The notes below the pieces were generated by a model. The model saw only the letters and a program-made list of their open reading frames with translations, did not search any database and had not been told where the DNA came from. Shown piece after piece: positions 43,819-54,430 of a stretch of 64,000 bases of DNA (the first letter of the stretch is position 1; each line of letters begins with the position of its first letter). Both the position numbers and the translations under genes were made by a program. Source of the stretch: an uncultured Candidatus Rokubacteria bacterium (GTDB lineage: Bacteria; Methylomirabilota; Methylomirabilia; Rokubacteriales; CSP1-6); contig CAVWWD010000005.1 in NCBI GenBank assembly GCA_963758635.1, positions 448,001 to 512,000 on the forward strand. Reading direction: 5' to 3'.

Positions 43819-44678
43819 AGCTCCCCGCCGGCCTCGTGGGCGCGGGCGTGGGCCCGCGCGTGGCGACGATCGACGCGCGCTGGCTCATGGCCTACGCGGC
43901 GGCGCTCGGCGAGACCGACGCCGGGTACTTCGACACGCGGCGCGACGTCGGCATCCTCGCGCATCCCCTCTTCCCGGTGTGCTACGAGTGGCCGCTCGCC
44001 CTGGAGATGCGCGCGCAGCTCCCCGAGGCCATCGCGCTCCGCGGCGTGCACGCGACCCACGACCTCCGGCTTCGTCGCCTTCCGCGCGCCGGCGATCGCC
44101 TCGCCCTGCGCGCCGCCGTCGTCGCCGTGGCGCCGCGCCGCTCGGGCGCGTACGTGCTGAGCCGCTACGAGGCGGTCGACGCCGCGGGCGAGGTGCTGAG
44201 CGTGACGGAGTACGGCAGCGTGTACCTGGGCGTCGAGTGCGAGCCGGAGGGTGCGGCCCTGCCCGGCGCCCCGGACGCGGACGAGGACGCCCCGCCCGCG
44301 TGGTCGGAGCCGGTGACGGTGTCGGCCGGGCTCGCCCACGTCTACACGGAGTGCGCGCGGATCTGGAACCCGATCCACACCGACCCCGCGGTGGCGGCCC
44401 GCGCCGGGCTGCCCGACATCATCCTGCACGGCACGGCCACGCTCGCCCTCGGCGTGTCGCGCACGCTCCACCGCGCCGGCGCCAGCCCCTCCGGGGTGTC
44501 GCGCGTCACGGGAAGCTTCCGGGCGATGGTCCCGATGCCGTCGACGCTCGCCATCGAGGGCTATCCCGCGGAAGCGACGGCCGAGGGCGCGCGGCTGCCC
44601 TTCCGGGCGCGCGTGGCGGGCGGACGCCCGGCGATCCGCGACGGCAGCGTGTGGCTGCGTCCTCGAACGGGATCGTGA
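43815..44678 (+). CDS. Double hot-dog MaoC-type dehydratase
   Basis: AHPLFPVC, GVHATHD, WNPIHTD..A..AGLPDIILHG; ATGA overlap with the RACo gene. Confidence 0.88.
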   Translation: MKLPAGLVGAGVGPRVATIDARWLMAYAAALGETDAGYFDTRRDVGILAHPLFPVCYEWPLALEMRAQLPEAIALRGVHATHDLRLRRLPRAGDRLALRAAVVAVAPRRSGAYVLSRYEAVDAAGEVLSVTEYGSVYLGVECEPEGAALPGAPDADEDAPPAWSEPVTVSAGLAHVYTECARIWNPIHTDPAVAARAGLPDIILHGTATLALGVSRTLHRAGASPSGVSRVTGSFRAMVPMPSTLAIEGYPAEATAEGARLPFRARVAGGRPAIRDGSVWLRPRTGS

Positions 44679-44789
44679 ATGAATGGCGAGACGGCACGGC
44701 GCGGGTCCGCAGAAGCGCGGTGTCGGCCCGCGCGCTGAAGCCGCAATCCGCATTCCTTCACACCCCCGAAGCGAAAGGACATCAGGCCG

Positions 44790-45797
44790 ATGACGAAGCG
44801 AGAGAGGATCGCGGCGGCGCTGCGGCGGGAGCCCACCGACCGGCCGCCCTACGCGTTCTGGCGCCACTTCCCGAGCACCGACCGATCGCCCGCCGCGCTG
44901 ACCCAGTCCACGCTGCGCTTCCACGAGCGCTACGGGTCGGACTTCCTCAAGGTGACGCCGGCCGGCGGCTACGCCGTCGAGGACTGGGGCTGCGTGGAGA
45001 GCGACGAGGTCGCGCCCGACGGCCACCGCCCGTGCGCGCGCCACGGGATCAACGCGCCCGAGGACTGGAAGCGCGTCCGGCCCGTCGACATCTCGTCGTC
45101 GGGCTGGGGCACCCACCTGGAGTCGGTGCTCCGCTGCGTCGTCGATCGCCGCGCCGACGGCCCCGTCATGCCGACGGTGTTCAGCCCGCTGTCGCTGGCG
45201 CGGAAGCTCGCGGGCGATCGCCTGAAGTACGACCTGGTCGAGAACACGCAGACGGTGGTGGACGCGCTGGAGGCGATCACCGAGACCATCCTGGCCTTCG
45301 CGGAGGCGTGCTTCAAGGAAGGCGCGGAGGGCTTCTTCTACTCCATCCAGGCGGCGAGCGCCGACTTCCACACCGAGGAGGAGTACGCGCGGTTCGGCGA
45401 GCCCTACGACCGCCGCATCCTGGAGGCGGTCGGTCCGCGCTCGATCCTGACCGTGCTCCACTGCCACGGCGAGCGCCTCATGTTCGATCGGCTCGCCGCG
45501 CTCCCCGCCGACGCCTGGAACTGGGACGACCGCCGCGCCGGGCCCACGCTGTCCGAGGGCAAGGCCATGGTGCGCGGCGCCGTGATCGGCGGGCTCAACC
45601 AGTGGACCACGCTGAAGGACAGTCCCCCGCCCGACGCCCGCGCCGAGGCGCAGGACGCGATCGCGCAGTGCGAGGGCGCCGGTCTCATCCTGGGCGCGGG
45701 CTGCGTCCTGCCGACCGGCCACTCCGACGCGACGCTCGTGGAGCTGGTGAAGTCCCTGGGCGGCGAGGTGAAGCTGGCCGGCATCCCGCCCGCGTGA
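44790..45797 (+). CDS. Uroporphyrinogen decarboxylase / MtaA-CmuA superfamily TIM-barrel protein
   Basis: MTKRERI..DRPP..FWRHF, TVFSPLS, LHCHG, LILGAGCVL. Confidence 0.85.
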   Translation: MTKRERIAAALRREPTDRPPYAFWRHFPSTDRSPAALTQSTLRFHERYGSDFLKVTPAGGYAVEDWGCVESDEVAPDGHRPCARHGINAPEDWKRVRPVDISSSGWGTHLESVLRCVVDRRADGPVMPTVFSPLSLARKLAGDRLKYDLVENTQTVVDALEAITETILAFAEACFKEGAEGFFYSIQAASADFHTEEEYARFGEPYDRRILEAVGPRSILTVLHCHGERLMFDRLAALPADAWNWDDRRAGPTLSEGKAMVRGAVIGGLNQWTTLKDSPPPDARAEAQDAIAQCEGAGLILGAGCVLPTGHSDATLVELVKSLGGEVKLAGIPPA

Positions 45798-46008
45798 GCG
45801 CGTCGGCCGCGGGCATCGATTCCGCGTGAACCCGTGAGCCGGCGCGCCTGACATCCACGGTGTCGAGAGCTGACACTCCCGCGCCCGGCTGGGCCCACGT
45901 CCGCCGCGACGGCGCGCGCCGCGGACGCGCGATCAAGCACTTGGCGCGCTGCGCCGCCGTCATCCCTCCACGCCGAACGAGGCCCTCCGCAAGGTGATGG
46001 CGAGGCCG

Positions 46009-47088
46009 CTACTTCGCGACGTTGAAGCGGAAGTGGCAGATCTCGCCGTCCTGCACGACGTAGTCCTTCCCTTCCAGGCGGAACTGGCCGCGCTCGCGGA
46101 CGGCGGCCATCGAGCCGCCGGCGGCCACGAGCTCCTCGTAGCCCACGACCTCGGCGCGGATGAATCCGCGAGCGATGTCGGAATGGACGGCGCCCGCCGC
46201 GTCCTGGGCGCGGGTGCCCTGCGGCACCGACCACGCGCGCACCTCGTCCTCGCCCACGGTGAAGAACGAGATGAGCCCGAGCAGGTCGTAGCAGTCGCGG
46301 AGCACGCGGACGATCGCCGGCTCGGCGAGGCCCAGGTCGGCGAGGAACGCCGCCTGCTCCTCGCCGGCGAGCTGGGCCACCTCGGCCTCGATCACCGCTG
46401 AGACCCAGCCGAGCCGCGTGCCCGGCCGGCGCGCGACCTCCTCGAGGTCGAAGCTCTGCGCGAGGGTCCCGCCCCGCGCGATGTCCTTCTCGGAAAGGTT
46501 CAAGCAGTGCAGGATCGGCTTCTGCGAGAGGAACGTGAAGCCGCGGATCACGCGGAGGTCGTCCTCGGAGAGGCCCGCGGCGCGGATCGCCGTCTCCGCC
46601 TCGAGGGTGGGTTTGAGCGTGGAAAGGACGGCCTGCTCCCGCACCTCGGCGTCCACCTTCTTCTTCCGGATCGACACCTCCAGCCGCTCGAGCCGCCGCT
46701 CCACCACCTCGAGGTCGGCGAGGATCAGCTCGGTCTCGAGGTCGACGATGTCGGCGCGCGGGGTGGCCGCGGCGCCCGCGGCGTCGGGGAAGGCGCGCAC
46801 CACGTGCAGCAGCGCGTCGGCGTTCCTGAACTCGCGCGCGTCGAGCCCCTGGCGCTCGCCCTTCTCGATGCCCGCGAGGTCCACGACCTCGAAGCTCGCG
46901 AACGTCGTCTTCTTCGGCGTGAACAGCGCGGACAGGCGGTCGACGCGGGTGTCGGGCACGCGCGCCACGCCCACGTGCAGCTCGCCGCGCGTCCCCCCGA
47001 ACGAGGAGGTGGCCACGCTCTGACCGGTCAGGAGGTTGAACAGCGAGGTCTTCCCGCTCTTCGGAAGGCCGACGAGGCCGATCTTCAT
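46009..47088 (-). CDS. ychF: Redox-regulated ATPase YchF
   Basis: GLPKSGKTS, DLAG, FFTVGEDEVRAW, HSDIARGFIRAE, EGKDYVVQDG. Confidence 0.95.
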   Translation of the reverse strand: MKIGLVGLPKSGKTSLFNLLTGQSVATSSFGGTRGELHVGVARVPDTRVDRLSALFTPKKTTFASFEVVDLAGIEKGERQGLDAREFRNADALLHVVRAFPDAAGAAATPRADIVDLETELILADLEVVERRLERLEVSIRKKKVDAEVREQAVLSTLKPTLEAETAIRAAGLSEDDLRVIRGFTFLSQKPILHCLNLSEKDIARGGTLAQSFDLEEVARRPGTRLGWVSAVIEAEVAQLAGEEQAAFLADLGLAEPAIVRVLRDCYDLLGLISFFTVGEDEVRAWSVPQGTRAQDAAGAVHSDIARGFIRAEVVGYEELVAAGGSMAAVRERGQFRLEGKDYVVQDGEICHFRFNVAK

Positions 47089-47186
47089 GGAGGCCACATG
47101 CTACCATGCCGCCGTGATGGCCGGGGCGCCGCCGCGCGATCGCGTCGCCGGACGGCTCGAGGCGTCGGCCGAGCGCTGACCCCCTC

Positions 47187-48071
47187 GTGTCCGCCATCCG
47201 CTCCCTGGACGTTCCGGGCGCGCTCGTCGCGCTCCTCCTCGCCGCGCTGTGGGGCGGCAACCCCGTCGTGGTGAAGCTCTCGCTCGCCGACGCGCCGCCC
47301 CTTCGCCTCGCCGCGATGCGCTTCGCCCTCGGCGGGCTCACGATCCTCGCGTGGGCGCTCTGGACGCGGCGGAGCGGGCTCCTCAGGCTGCGCCCCGGCG
47401 AGGGGCGCGCCATCGTGTCGCTCGGCCTGATCTTCGCCGTCCAGATCGGCCTGATGAACGTGGGGCTCGACCTGACCACCGCCGCCCACGGGGCGGTGCT
47501 GCTGAACTCCTACGCGATCCACACCGTCGTGCTCGCCCACTTCTTCGTGCCCGGCGACCGCATGTCCGCGGCGAAGATCGGCGGCATCGCCATCGCCTAC
47601 GCGGGCATCCTCCTGCTCTTCGGGCGGGACCTGTCCTTCTCGAGCGGCACGCTCATGGGCAACGTCGTGGTGATGGTGAGCGCGTTCCTCCTCGGCGAGC
47701 GCACCGTGTACACGGCCCGCGCGGTCCAGCGCTTCGACCCCGTGAAGCTCCTCCTGGGGCAGGCGGCCATCGGCACCGCGTGCTTCCTCGCCGCCAGCCT
47801 CTGGCTCGAGCGGGCCGAGCCCACGCGCTACACGTGGTCGCTGGCCGCCAGCCTCCTCTATCAGGGCCCCATCGTGGCCGGCTTCAACTTCATCGTGAAC
47901 GCCTGGCAGCTCCAGGTGTATCGTCCGAGCGCGCTCGCCGCCTGCGCGCTCACCTCGCCCCTCTGGGGCGTGCTGCTCGCGGCCACGCTGGCGCGCGATC
48001 CCCTCACCCCTGCGCTTCTCGCGTCGAGCGGGATGGTGGTGGCCGGCATGTGGCTGGCCACCCGACGGTGA
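47187..48071 (+). CDS. DMT/EamA family transporter
   Basis: About 10 hydrophobic segments; LWGGN, RFALGG. Confidence 0.88.
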   Translation: MSAIRSLDVPGALVALLLAALWGGNPVVVKLSLADAPPLRLAAMRFALGGLTILAWALWTRRSGLLRLRPGEGRAIVSLGLIFAVQIGLMNVGLDLTTAAHGAVLLNSYAIHTVVLAHFFVPGDRMSAAKIGGIAIAYAGILLLFGRDLSFSSGTLMGNVVVMVSAFLLGERTVYTARAVQRFDPVKLLLGQAAIGTACFLAASLWLERAEPTRYTWSLAASLLYQGPIVAGFNFIVNAWQLQVYRPSALAACALTSPLWGVLLAATLARDPLTPALLASSGMVVAGMWLATRR

Positions 48072-48077
48072 TCCGTC

Positions 48078-49389
48078 ATGCGATTCGTCCGCCACGCGGT
48101 CCGGCTCCTCCCGATCCTGGTGGTGTGGGGCATCCTGGCCGGCGGGCCGCGCGCGCTTCCCGCGACGGCCCAGCCCACCGCGGCGCCGCCCGACGCAACC
48201 GTCGAGGCGCTCTTCCGGCGTCTCGCCACCATCAAGGGCACCCCGGGCGCCGGTCCCGCGCCGCCGCTGGCCATCCGCTCGCGGCAGGAGACGCGGCGGT
48301 TCATCGACGCCGAGCTGGCCCGGCGGTACACGCCGACCCGGCTGGAAGCCGAGCGGAAGTCGATGGTGGCCTGGGGCGTGATCCCGCCCGACTTCGACCT
48401 GCGCCGGCTCTTCGTGGACCTGATGGAGGAGCAGATCGCCGCCTACTACGACGCCCGCGCGAAGACCATGGTGGTGGGCGACTGGCTGGGCCCGGCCGAG
48501 CGCGCCGCCGCGCTCCTGCACGAGCTGGTGCACGCCCTCCAGGACCGGCAGATCTCCCTCGACGCCTTCCTCACGCCCGTCGAGGGCGAAGGCGATCGCG
48601 TCCTCGCCCGCCAGGCGCTGATCGAGGGCGAGGCGGTGGGCGTGATGCTCGACGTCGATGATGTCGGCCTCGGGCGCCGACCTCGCCTCCCTGCCCGACG
48701 TGAACGCGATCCGCGGCCAGATCGTGGCTGGCTCGCTCGGGCCGGTGATCCAGCGCGCCCCGCCGTTCCTCCGGGACCTCCTGCTCTTCCCCTACGTCGA
48801 GGGGCTCAGCTTCGTGCACGCGTGGCGCAAGCGGAACCCGTGGTCGGCGGCGGCGAGCCTCTACCGCGACCCGCCGCGCTCGAGCGCCCAGATCCTCCAC
48901 CCCGAGCAGTACCTCGACACGCGGCGGGACCCCGTCGCCATCGCCCTGCCGAGCCTCGACGCCCAGCTTCCCGGCTTCACCCACGTGATCGAGGACGAGC
49001 TGGGAGAGTTCGGCCTCGGCGCCGTCCTCGGCCTGCACCTGGGCGACGCGGCGGGACGCCACGCCGCCACGGGCTGGCGCGGCGACCGCTTCCGCGTGTG
49101 GCAGGAGGCGGGAGGCCGGTTCGCCATCGTCGCCGTCATCGTCATGGAGAGCGCGACGGAGGCGAACGCGCTGGCCCTGCACTTCTCCGGGGTGGTCGAG
49201 AAGCGCCACCCCGAGCTGGCGCGCCGCGGCGTCCCGCGGGGCGGCACCCTCGTGACGTGGACGGAGGCGGGCCGGGCCTTCGCGGTGGAGCGGCGGGGCG
49301 TCGAGGTGCTCCTGGTCGAGGAGGCGCCGGCCGCGACCGTCGACGGCATCCGCGCCGCGGTCTGGCGCGCCCGTCCCGCGACGCCTTGA
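48078..49389 (+). CDS. Exported zincin-like (HExxH) protein (frameshift near 48655)
   Basis: Signal peptide, IAAYYD, LLHELVHALQD, ALIEGEA, FPYVEG, PPRSSAQILHPE, GWRGD. Confidence 0.75.
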
Positions 49390-49421
49390 CGCTGCCCGCC
49401 GCCCTCGCGTAGCGTCGGCCC

Positions 49422-49787
49422 ATGCCGACCCGGCCGGCGCGCGCGCTCGAGGTGGTGGCGAACCCGCATCCCGACCGCGACTACGAGGTCGCGCTCGAGA
49501 TCCCCGAGTTCACCTGCCTCTGCCCGGTGACCGGCCAGCCGGACTTCGCCACCATCCGCATCCGCTACGTGCCCGACCAGCACCTCGTGGAGCTCCGGTC
49601 GATCAAGCTCTACATCTGGTCGTACCGCGACGAGGGCGCCTTCCACGAGGACGTGACCAACCGCATCCTCGACGACTTCGTCGCCGCGGGCCGGCCCCGC
49701 TGGATCGAGGTGGTGGGCGACTTCAACGTGCGCGGCGGGATCAAGACCGTCGTCCGCGTCTGCCACGGCAAGCGCCCCGACCTCTGA
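49422..49787 (+). CDS. queF: preQ1 synthase (7-cyano-7-deazaguanine reductase)
   Basis: [35 protein letters not shown]. Confidence 0.95.
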   Translation: MPTRPARALEVVANPHPDRDYEVALEIPEFTCLCPVTGQPDFATIRIRYVPDQHLVELRSIKLYIWSYRDEGAFHEDVTNRILDDFVAAGRPRWIEVVGDFNVRGGIKTVVRVCHGKRPDL

Positions 49788-49806
49788 GGATCGGCACCCG
49801 CTCGGA

Positions 49807-50688
49807 TCAGCCGGCCAGGGACAGCAGGACCATCCCCGCGAGCATGACCACCGCGCCGGGGAGGATCTCCCGCACGGTCTGCCGCTCGCCGAAGAACACC
49901 GCGCCCACGCCGAGGGCGAAGAGGATCTCCACCTGCTTCACCGCCTCGACGTAGGAGGACAGCGTGAGCAGGTACGCGATCCCCTGCGTCACCGTCGTGA
50001 GCGACGCGAAGAACCCCAGCCCCAGGAACGCCTTCCAGTGCCGCGGCACCTCGGCGAAGCGCCGCCACGAGGTGTAGAGCACCAGCGGCGTGATCAGGAG
50101 GCTCGCCGCCACGTAGCCGCCGAGCGTCCCCATGTACGGGTCGGAGAGCTGCATCGCCTACTTGATCGTCACCACCGACGGCGCGAAGAAGCACGCGGCG
50201 AGGAGCGTGTAGCGCATGCCCGGGTCGGTGAAGAGCACGGCCAGCGGCGCCCACGGCGAGATGCGGGCGCGGTGCACGTTCAGCAGGTACACCCCGACCA
50301 TCGACAGCAGCACGCCGGCGATGCCCAGCGCGGTGGGCCGCTCCCGGAGCGTGACGTAGCCGAGCCCGAGGAGGATGAGCAGGCTCACCTTCCAGAGCGC
50401 GGTGACCATCGAGATCTGCGAGAGCTTGAGCGCCTTGGAGAGCGCCAGCGTGGAGATGCACTGGCAGACCGCGAACACCGCGCAGGCGGCGGCGAACCCC
50501 GGCTTCACCTCGAGGGGGCGCCCGCGGCCGTAGACGTTCCAGGCGACGAAGGCGGCGGCGAACGGAAGCAGGAAGGTGAAGCGGCCCCAGACGTTGATGT
50601 ACTCGTCCAGCGAGTGCCCCAGCCGTTTCATCACCGTGTTCCGCAGCACCTGGCAGAGCGCGGCGGTGACGGCCAGGGCGAACCACAT
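49807..50688 (-). CDS. DMT/EamA family transporter interrupted by an in-frame TAG at 50158-50160
   Basis: ORFs 50158..50688 and 49807..50154 are in the same frame and together form two EamA repeats. Confidence 0.75.
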
Positions 50689-50697
50689 TGCGCGATT

Positions 50698-51957
50698 CTA
50701 CATGAGCGCTCCGGGATAGGAGGCGGGGTCCACGCTCACGCCGGGGAAGATCCCCGCCCCGCGCGGCACGCCCAGGTGCCGGTCCGCGACCTCGGCGAAG
50801 AGATGGCGGAAATCGGTGGTGACGGCGAGGTCGCGGCCCTCGAAGAGCTGCTCGCGCGCGAGGCCGGGCCACCGCCCGAGCACGCGTCCGCCCACCACCG
50901 TCCCGCCCAGCGTGAGCATCGCCGTGCCGTGGCCGTGGTCGGTGCCGCGGTTGCCGTTCTCGCGCACGGTACGGCCGAACTCGGTCATGGTGAGCACGAG
51001 CACGTCGGACATGCGCTCGCCGAGGTCCAGGTCGAAGGCGGCCAGCCCCTGGGCGAGATCGCCGAGGCGCGAGGCGAGCTGACCCGCGCCCGCCCCCTGG
51101 GCGGCGTGGGTGTCCCAGCCCCCAACGTCCACGAACCCGACCTCGAGGCCCACGCCCATCTTGATGAGCTGCGCGAGCTGTCGCAGGCTCTCACCGAGCC
51201 GGCCACGCGGGTAGACCGCGCCGTTGGCCGGCGCCTGGCGCTCCGGCTCGGCGGCGCGCAGCGCGCGCATGGCCTCGAACGCCTCGCGCCCGGCCGCGCC
51301 CACCGCGCCCGCGGCGCTCCGCTCGTAGAGCGCCTCGAAGTCGCGCCGCATCCCGCCCGCCGCCTGCTGTCCCTCGCGCCCGACCTCGAAGTCCGAGACG
51401 GCGGGAAAGGCCAGCGCCGCGGCGGTCCCGCGCAGGCTCCGGGGCAGCACCGGGCCGATCGCGACCCCGCGGAAGCTCGACGGCGCCGGCGGCCGCGTGG
51501 CCGAGAGCGCGCGGGAGAGCCAGCCGTCCGGCGTGCTCTTCACGCCGGGCGTCGCCGTCTCCATGTAGTCCTGCGCGTCGAAGTGCGAGCGCGTGGCGTG
51601 GGGCGAGCCGCAGGCGTGCACCGCGGCGAGGCGCCGCTCCTGCCACGCGGGCAGCAGCGGCGCGCACGCGGGATGGAGACCGAAGAATCCGTCGAGGTCG
51701 ATGGCCGCCTCCGCGCCCGGCGGGCCCGGGCGCGGGATCGCGATGGTGGCGCGGGCGCCGTAGTAGGAGGCGTCGCCGTACGGCACCACCATGCTGAGGC
51801 CGTCGGCGGCGCCGCGCTGGAAGATGGCGATCAGCGTCTTCACGCGCCGGCCGGGCGTGGCGGCCGCCGCCCGCACCAGGAACGGCGGCACCGTGCCCAG
51901 ACCGAGGAGCGCGAGGGCGCCGGCCTTCACGAACGCGCGCCGGCCGAGCGCGCTCAT
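50698..51957 (-). CDS. DUF1501 family protein (Tat signal)
   Basis: RRAFVK, FQRGAADGL, FGLHP, RSHFDAQ, GGWDTH, TEFGRT..NGNRGTDHG. Confidence 0.92.
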   Translation of the reverse strand: MSALGRRAFVKAGALALLGLGTVPPFLVRAAAATPGRRVKTLIAIFQRGAADGLSMVVPYGDASYYGARATIAIPRPGPPGAEAAIDLDGFFGLHPACAPLLPAWQERRLAAVHACGSPHATRSHFDAQDYMETATPGVKSTPDGWLSRALSATRPPAPSSFRGVAIGPVLPRSLRGTAAALAFPAVSDFEVGREGQQAAGGMRRDFEALYERSAAGAVGAAGREAFEAMRALRAAEPERQAPANGAVYPRGRLGESLRQLAQLIKMGVGLEVGFVDVGGWDTHAAQGAGAGQLASRLGDLAQGLAAFDLDLGERMSDVLVLTMTEFGRTVRENGNRGTDHGHGTAMLTLGGTVVGGRVLGRWPGLAREQLFEGRDLAVTTDFRHLFAEVADRHLGVPRGAGIFPGVSVDPASYPGALM

Positions 51958-53618
51958 CGCCGCTGGAATTCCGGCGAGGCGATGGCGAGCGCGACCACGC
52001 GCGCGAGGTCGGGCGCCGACCGGCCCTCCCCGCCCGCCGCGAGCCGGCGTGCCATCGTCGCGCGCGTCTCGGCCGAGACCCCGCCCGGCAGCAGCCGCGA
52101 CACGACCCGCTCCAGCGCCTGGTCGGGGTCCTGTCCCTCGAGGCTCCGGGTGAGCGTCGAGAGGTCCACGCGGACCCCGGGCTGGCGGTTGGCCGCGAGC
52201 GCCGCGGCGAAGTTCATCCGGCCGACCAGCCCGCCCGCGTTCACCCAGGCCTCGGCGCGGTCGGCGTACCCGGTGGGAGGCTGCGCCTCGTAGAGCGGCT
52301 GCCCGAGCCGGGTGACGGCCCGGGCGAGAGTCGCCGCGCCGCCCCCGACGAGGGCACGCTCGAGCGTCGCCGCGGTCCCGGCGCCCACCGGCTCCGGAAG
52401 CTGGCCGCCAAGCGCGCGGACGGCGCTGGCCACCAGCTCGAGCGGAGTCTTCACCTTCGCGCGGAAAGCCGCGTCGGAGAAGAACTCCCGGGACGTGACG
52501 ATCGACTCCACCACCGCGCGGATATCGCCATCGGTGCGGGCGAAGGTGCGGGCGGCGCGCTCGACCACGGCGGGAGGAGGATCGTCGCTGACGAGCTTCC
52601 GCGCCAGCTTGGTGGCCACGAACCGCGCCGTGGACGGATGGCGGGAGAGGATCTCGATCACGCGGACGCCGTCCTGCTCGCCGCCACCCGGGGCGATCAC
52701 GTGCCCGAGGACCCGCTTGCCGCCGCGGTCGTGGGCCCGGGGCCGGAACACGAAGCGGCCTTCCTCCTGCGGGCGCTCGATGCTCCACCCGGTGAAGCAG
52801 CGCGCGACCTCGACCACGTCCTCCTGGGTGTAGCCCCCGTCCACGCCCAGCGTGTGCAGCTCCATCAGCTCGCGGGCGTAGTTCTCGTTGAGCCCGGCCC
52901 TCAGGCCCCCCGCGGGCCCCGACGGCAGGTCGGCCCGGACGGAGATCCAGTTGTCGAGGTAGTAGAGCATCGCCGGATGCCGCGCGGTGGCGAGGACGAG
53001 GTCCGCGAATCGCCCCAGCGCGTGCGGGCGGATGGCGTCGCGCTCGTAGCTGGTCACCATCCAGCGCACGCTGGACTTCTGCGCGTACACGTTGAAGTGG
53101 TTGAACCAGAAGTCGACCATGACCTCCTGGAGCTGGCGCTCGCTCGTCACCGCCCGGGCGATCTTCGCGGCCTGCAGCTCGGCCACGATCCGGCCCGGCG
53201 CGCGGTCGGCCGGAGGCGTCTCGCGGAGCGCCGGTGGGCTCATGTCGAGGGCCTGCCGGCGCTGGGCGTCGCTCGGGGAGACGCGCGGATACTCGCGGAG
53301 CAGGTCGGAGGTCGCCATCGAGAGCGTCCGGTACGTGGCGAGCGCCTGCTCGGCCGCCGCGTCGGGGATGCTCTCGGGGCGGAGCTGGGCGTCGATGTAG
53401 CGGGCCAGGCCCATGGCCCTCACCCGCTCGACGTCGCCCGGGCGCGGCCCGTAGCCGAGCCGGCTCAGCACGTGGACGATGCGGTCGGTCTCGCCGAGCG
53501 TCGTGGGCGGAGGCGCGAGGCCGGCGGGCGGCGCCTCCGCGACCGGCGCGGCCGGCGGGACGGTGCCGCACCCCCACCCCGCCACCGCCAGCGCCAGGGC
53601 CAGGACGGTCAGTCGCAT
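51954..53618 (-). CDS. DUF1800 family protein (lipoprotein-like signal)
   Basis: HVLSRLGYG, FWFNHFNV, PAMLYYLDN, NENYARELMELHTLG, SPEFQRR. Confidence 0.93.
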   Translation of the reverse strand: MRLTVLALALAVAGWGCGTVPPAAPVAEAPPAGLAPPPTTLGETDRIVHVLSRLGYGPRPGDVERVRAMGLARYIDAQLRPESIPDAAAEQALATYRTLSMATSDLLREYPRVSPSDAQRRQALDMSPPALRETPPADRAPGRIVAELQAAKIARAVTSERQLQEVMVDFWFNHFNVYAQKSSVRWMVTSYERDAIRPHALGRFADLVLATARHPAMLYYLDNWISVRADLPSGPAGGLRAGLNENYARELMELHTLGVDGGYTQEDVVEVARCFTGWSIERPQEEGRFVFRPRAHDRGGKRVLGHVIAPGGGEQDGVRVIEILSRHPSTARFVATKLARKLVSDDPPPAVVERAARTFARTDGDIRAVVESIVTSREFFSDAAFRAKVKTPLELVASAVRALGGQLPEPVGAGTAATLERALVGGGAATLARAVTRLGQPLYEAQPPTGYADRAEAWVNAGGLVGRMNFAAALAANRQPGVRVDLSTLTRSLEGQDPDQALERVVSRLLPGGVSAETRATMARRLAAGGEGRSAPDLARVVALAIASPEFQRR

Positions 53619-53673
53619 ACGGACGCTGGGACGGAGGGGTGTATCCATTCGTTTACACGTGGCCGTAGCCGCC

Positions 53674-54426
53674 TCAGACGAACCCGTACGCCGACCATCC
53701 GCCGTCGACGGTGAGGATCTCCCCCGTGACGTAGGCGGCCGCGTCCGAGGCCAGGAAGACGGCGATCTCCCCCATCTCCTCGGCGGTGCCCAGCCGGCCC
53801 ATCGGCGTCCGCCGCACGAGGCGCTCGGTGTCGAGGAGGCCGCGGCCCGAGAGGTCGCGGATCATCTCGGTCTCCACGTAGCCGGGCGCGATCGCGTTCA
53901 CGCGCACGCCGCGCGCCGCCCACTCGATGGCCATGACCTTCGTCATCATGTCGAGCCCGGCCTTCGGCACGCAGTACGCCAGGCGCTGGGGAAAGGGCAT
54001 GCGCCCGGTGATCGAGCTCACGTGGATGATCGTGCCACGGCCGCGAGCGAGCATGCCGCCCACCAGGGCCTGGGTGAGCAGGAAGATCGACGTGAGGTTC
54101 AGCTCGAGCCCGTAGCGGTAGTCGGCCTCGGCCAGCGACTCCGTGGGCGCCACCACCGTCTTGCCCGCGTTGTTCACGAGGATGTCCACGGCGCCCAGCG
54201 CGGCCTCGGCCTCGCGGGCCAGGCGGCGCACGTCGTCGGCGCGGGTGAGGTCCGCGGCGACCGGCACCACCGTAGGCCCCAGCTCGCGGGCGAGGGCGGC
54301 GCAGTCGGCCTCGGTGCGGGAGTTCACGACGACGCGCGCGCCCTCGCGCACGTAGGCGCGCGCGATGCCGAGACCGATGCCCTTGGTCGAGCCGGTCACG
54401 ACCGCGGTCTTGCCCGCGAGCCTCAA
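53674..54426 (-). CDS. SDR family oxidoreductase
   Basis: TGSTKGIG, NNAG, YCVPK, VNAIAPG. Confidence 0.93.
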   Translation of the reverse strand: MRLAGKTAVVTGSTKGIGLGIARAYVREGARVVVNSRTEADCAALARELGPTVVPVAADLTRADDVRRLAREAEAALGAVDILVNNAGKTVVAPTESLAEADYRYGLELNLTSIFLLTQALVGGMLARGRGTIIHVSSITGRMPFPQRLAYCVPKAGLDMMTKVMAIEWAARGVRVNAIAPGYVETEMIRDLSGRGLLDTERLVRRTPMGRLGTAEEMGEIAVFLASDAAAYVTGEILTVDGGWSAYGFV

Positions 54427-54430
54427 TGGC

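Noticed and set aside
44679..44789. Possible cobalamin or other riboswitch before the UroD-like gene; preQ1 riboswitch before queF
   Set aside because: No B12-box or other recognisable consensus; queF appears leaderless with no room for a riboswitch
50158..50160. Pyrrolysine or stop-codon reassignment suggested by in-frame TAGs (EamA, IS3 orfA) near corrinoid-related genes
   Set aside because: TAG is used as a normal stop for many genes here (ispG, hsdM, pdxS, oppA); no pyl genes seen
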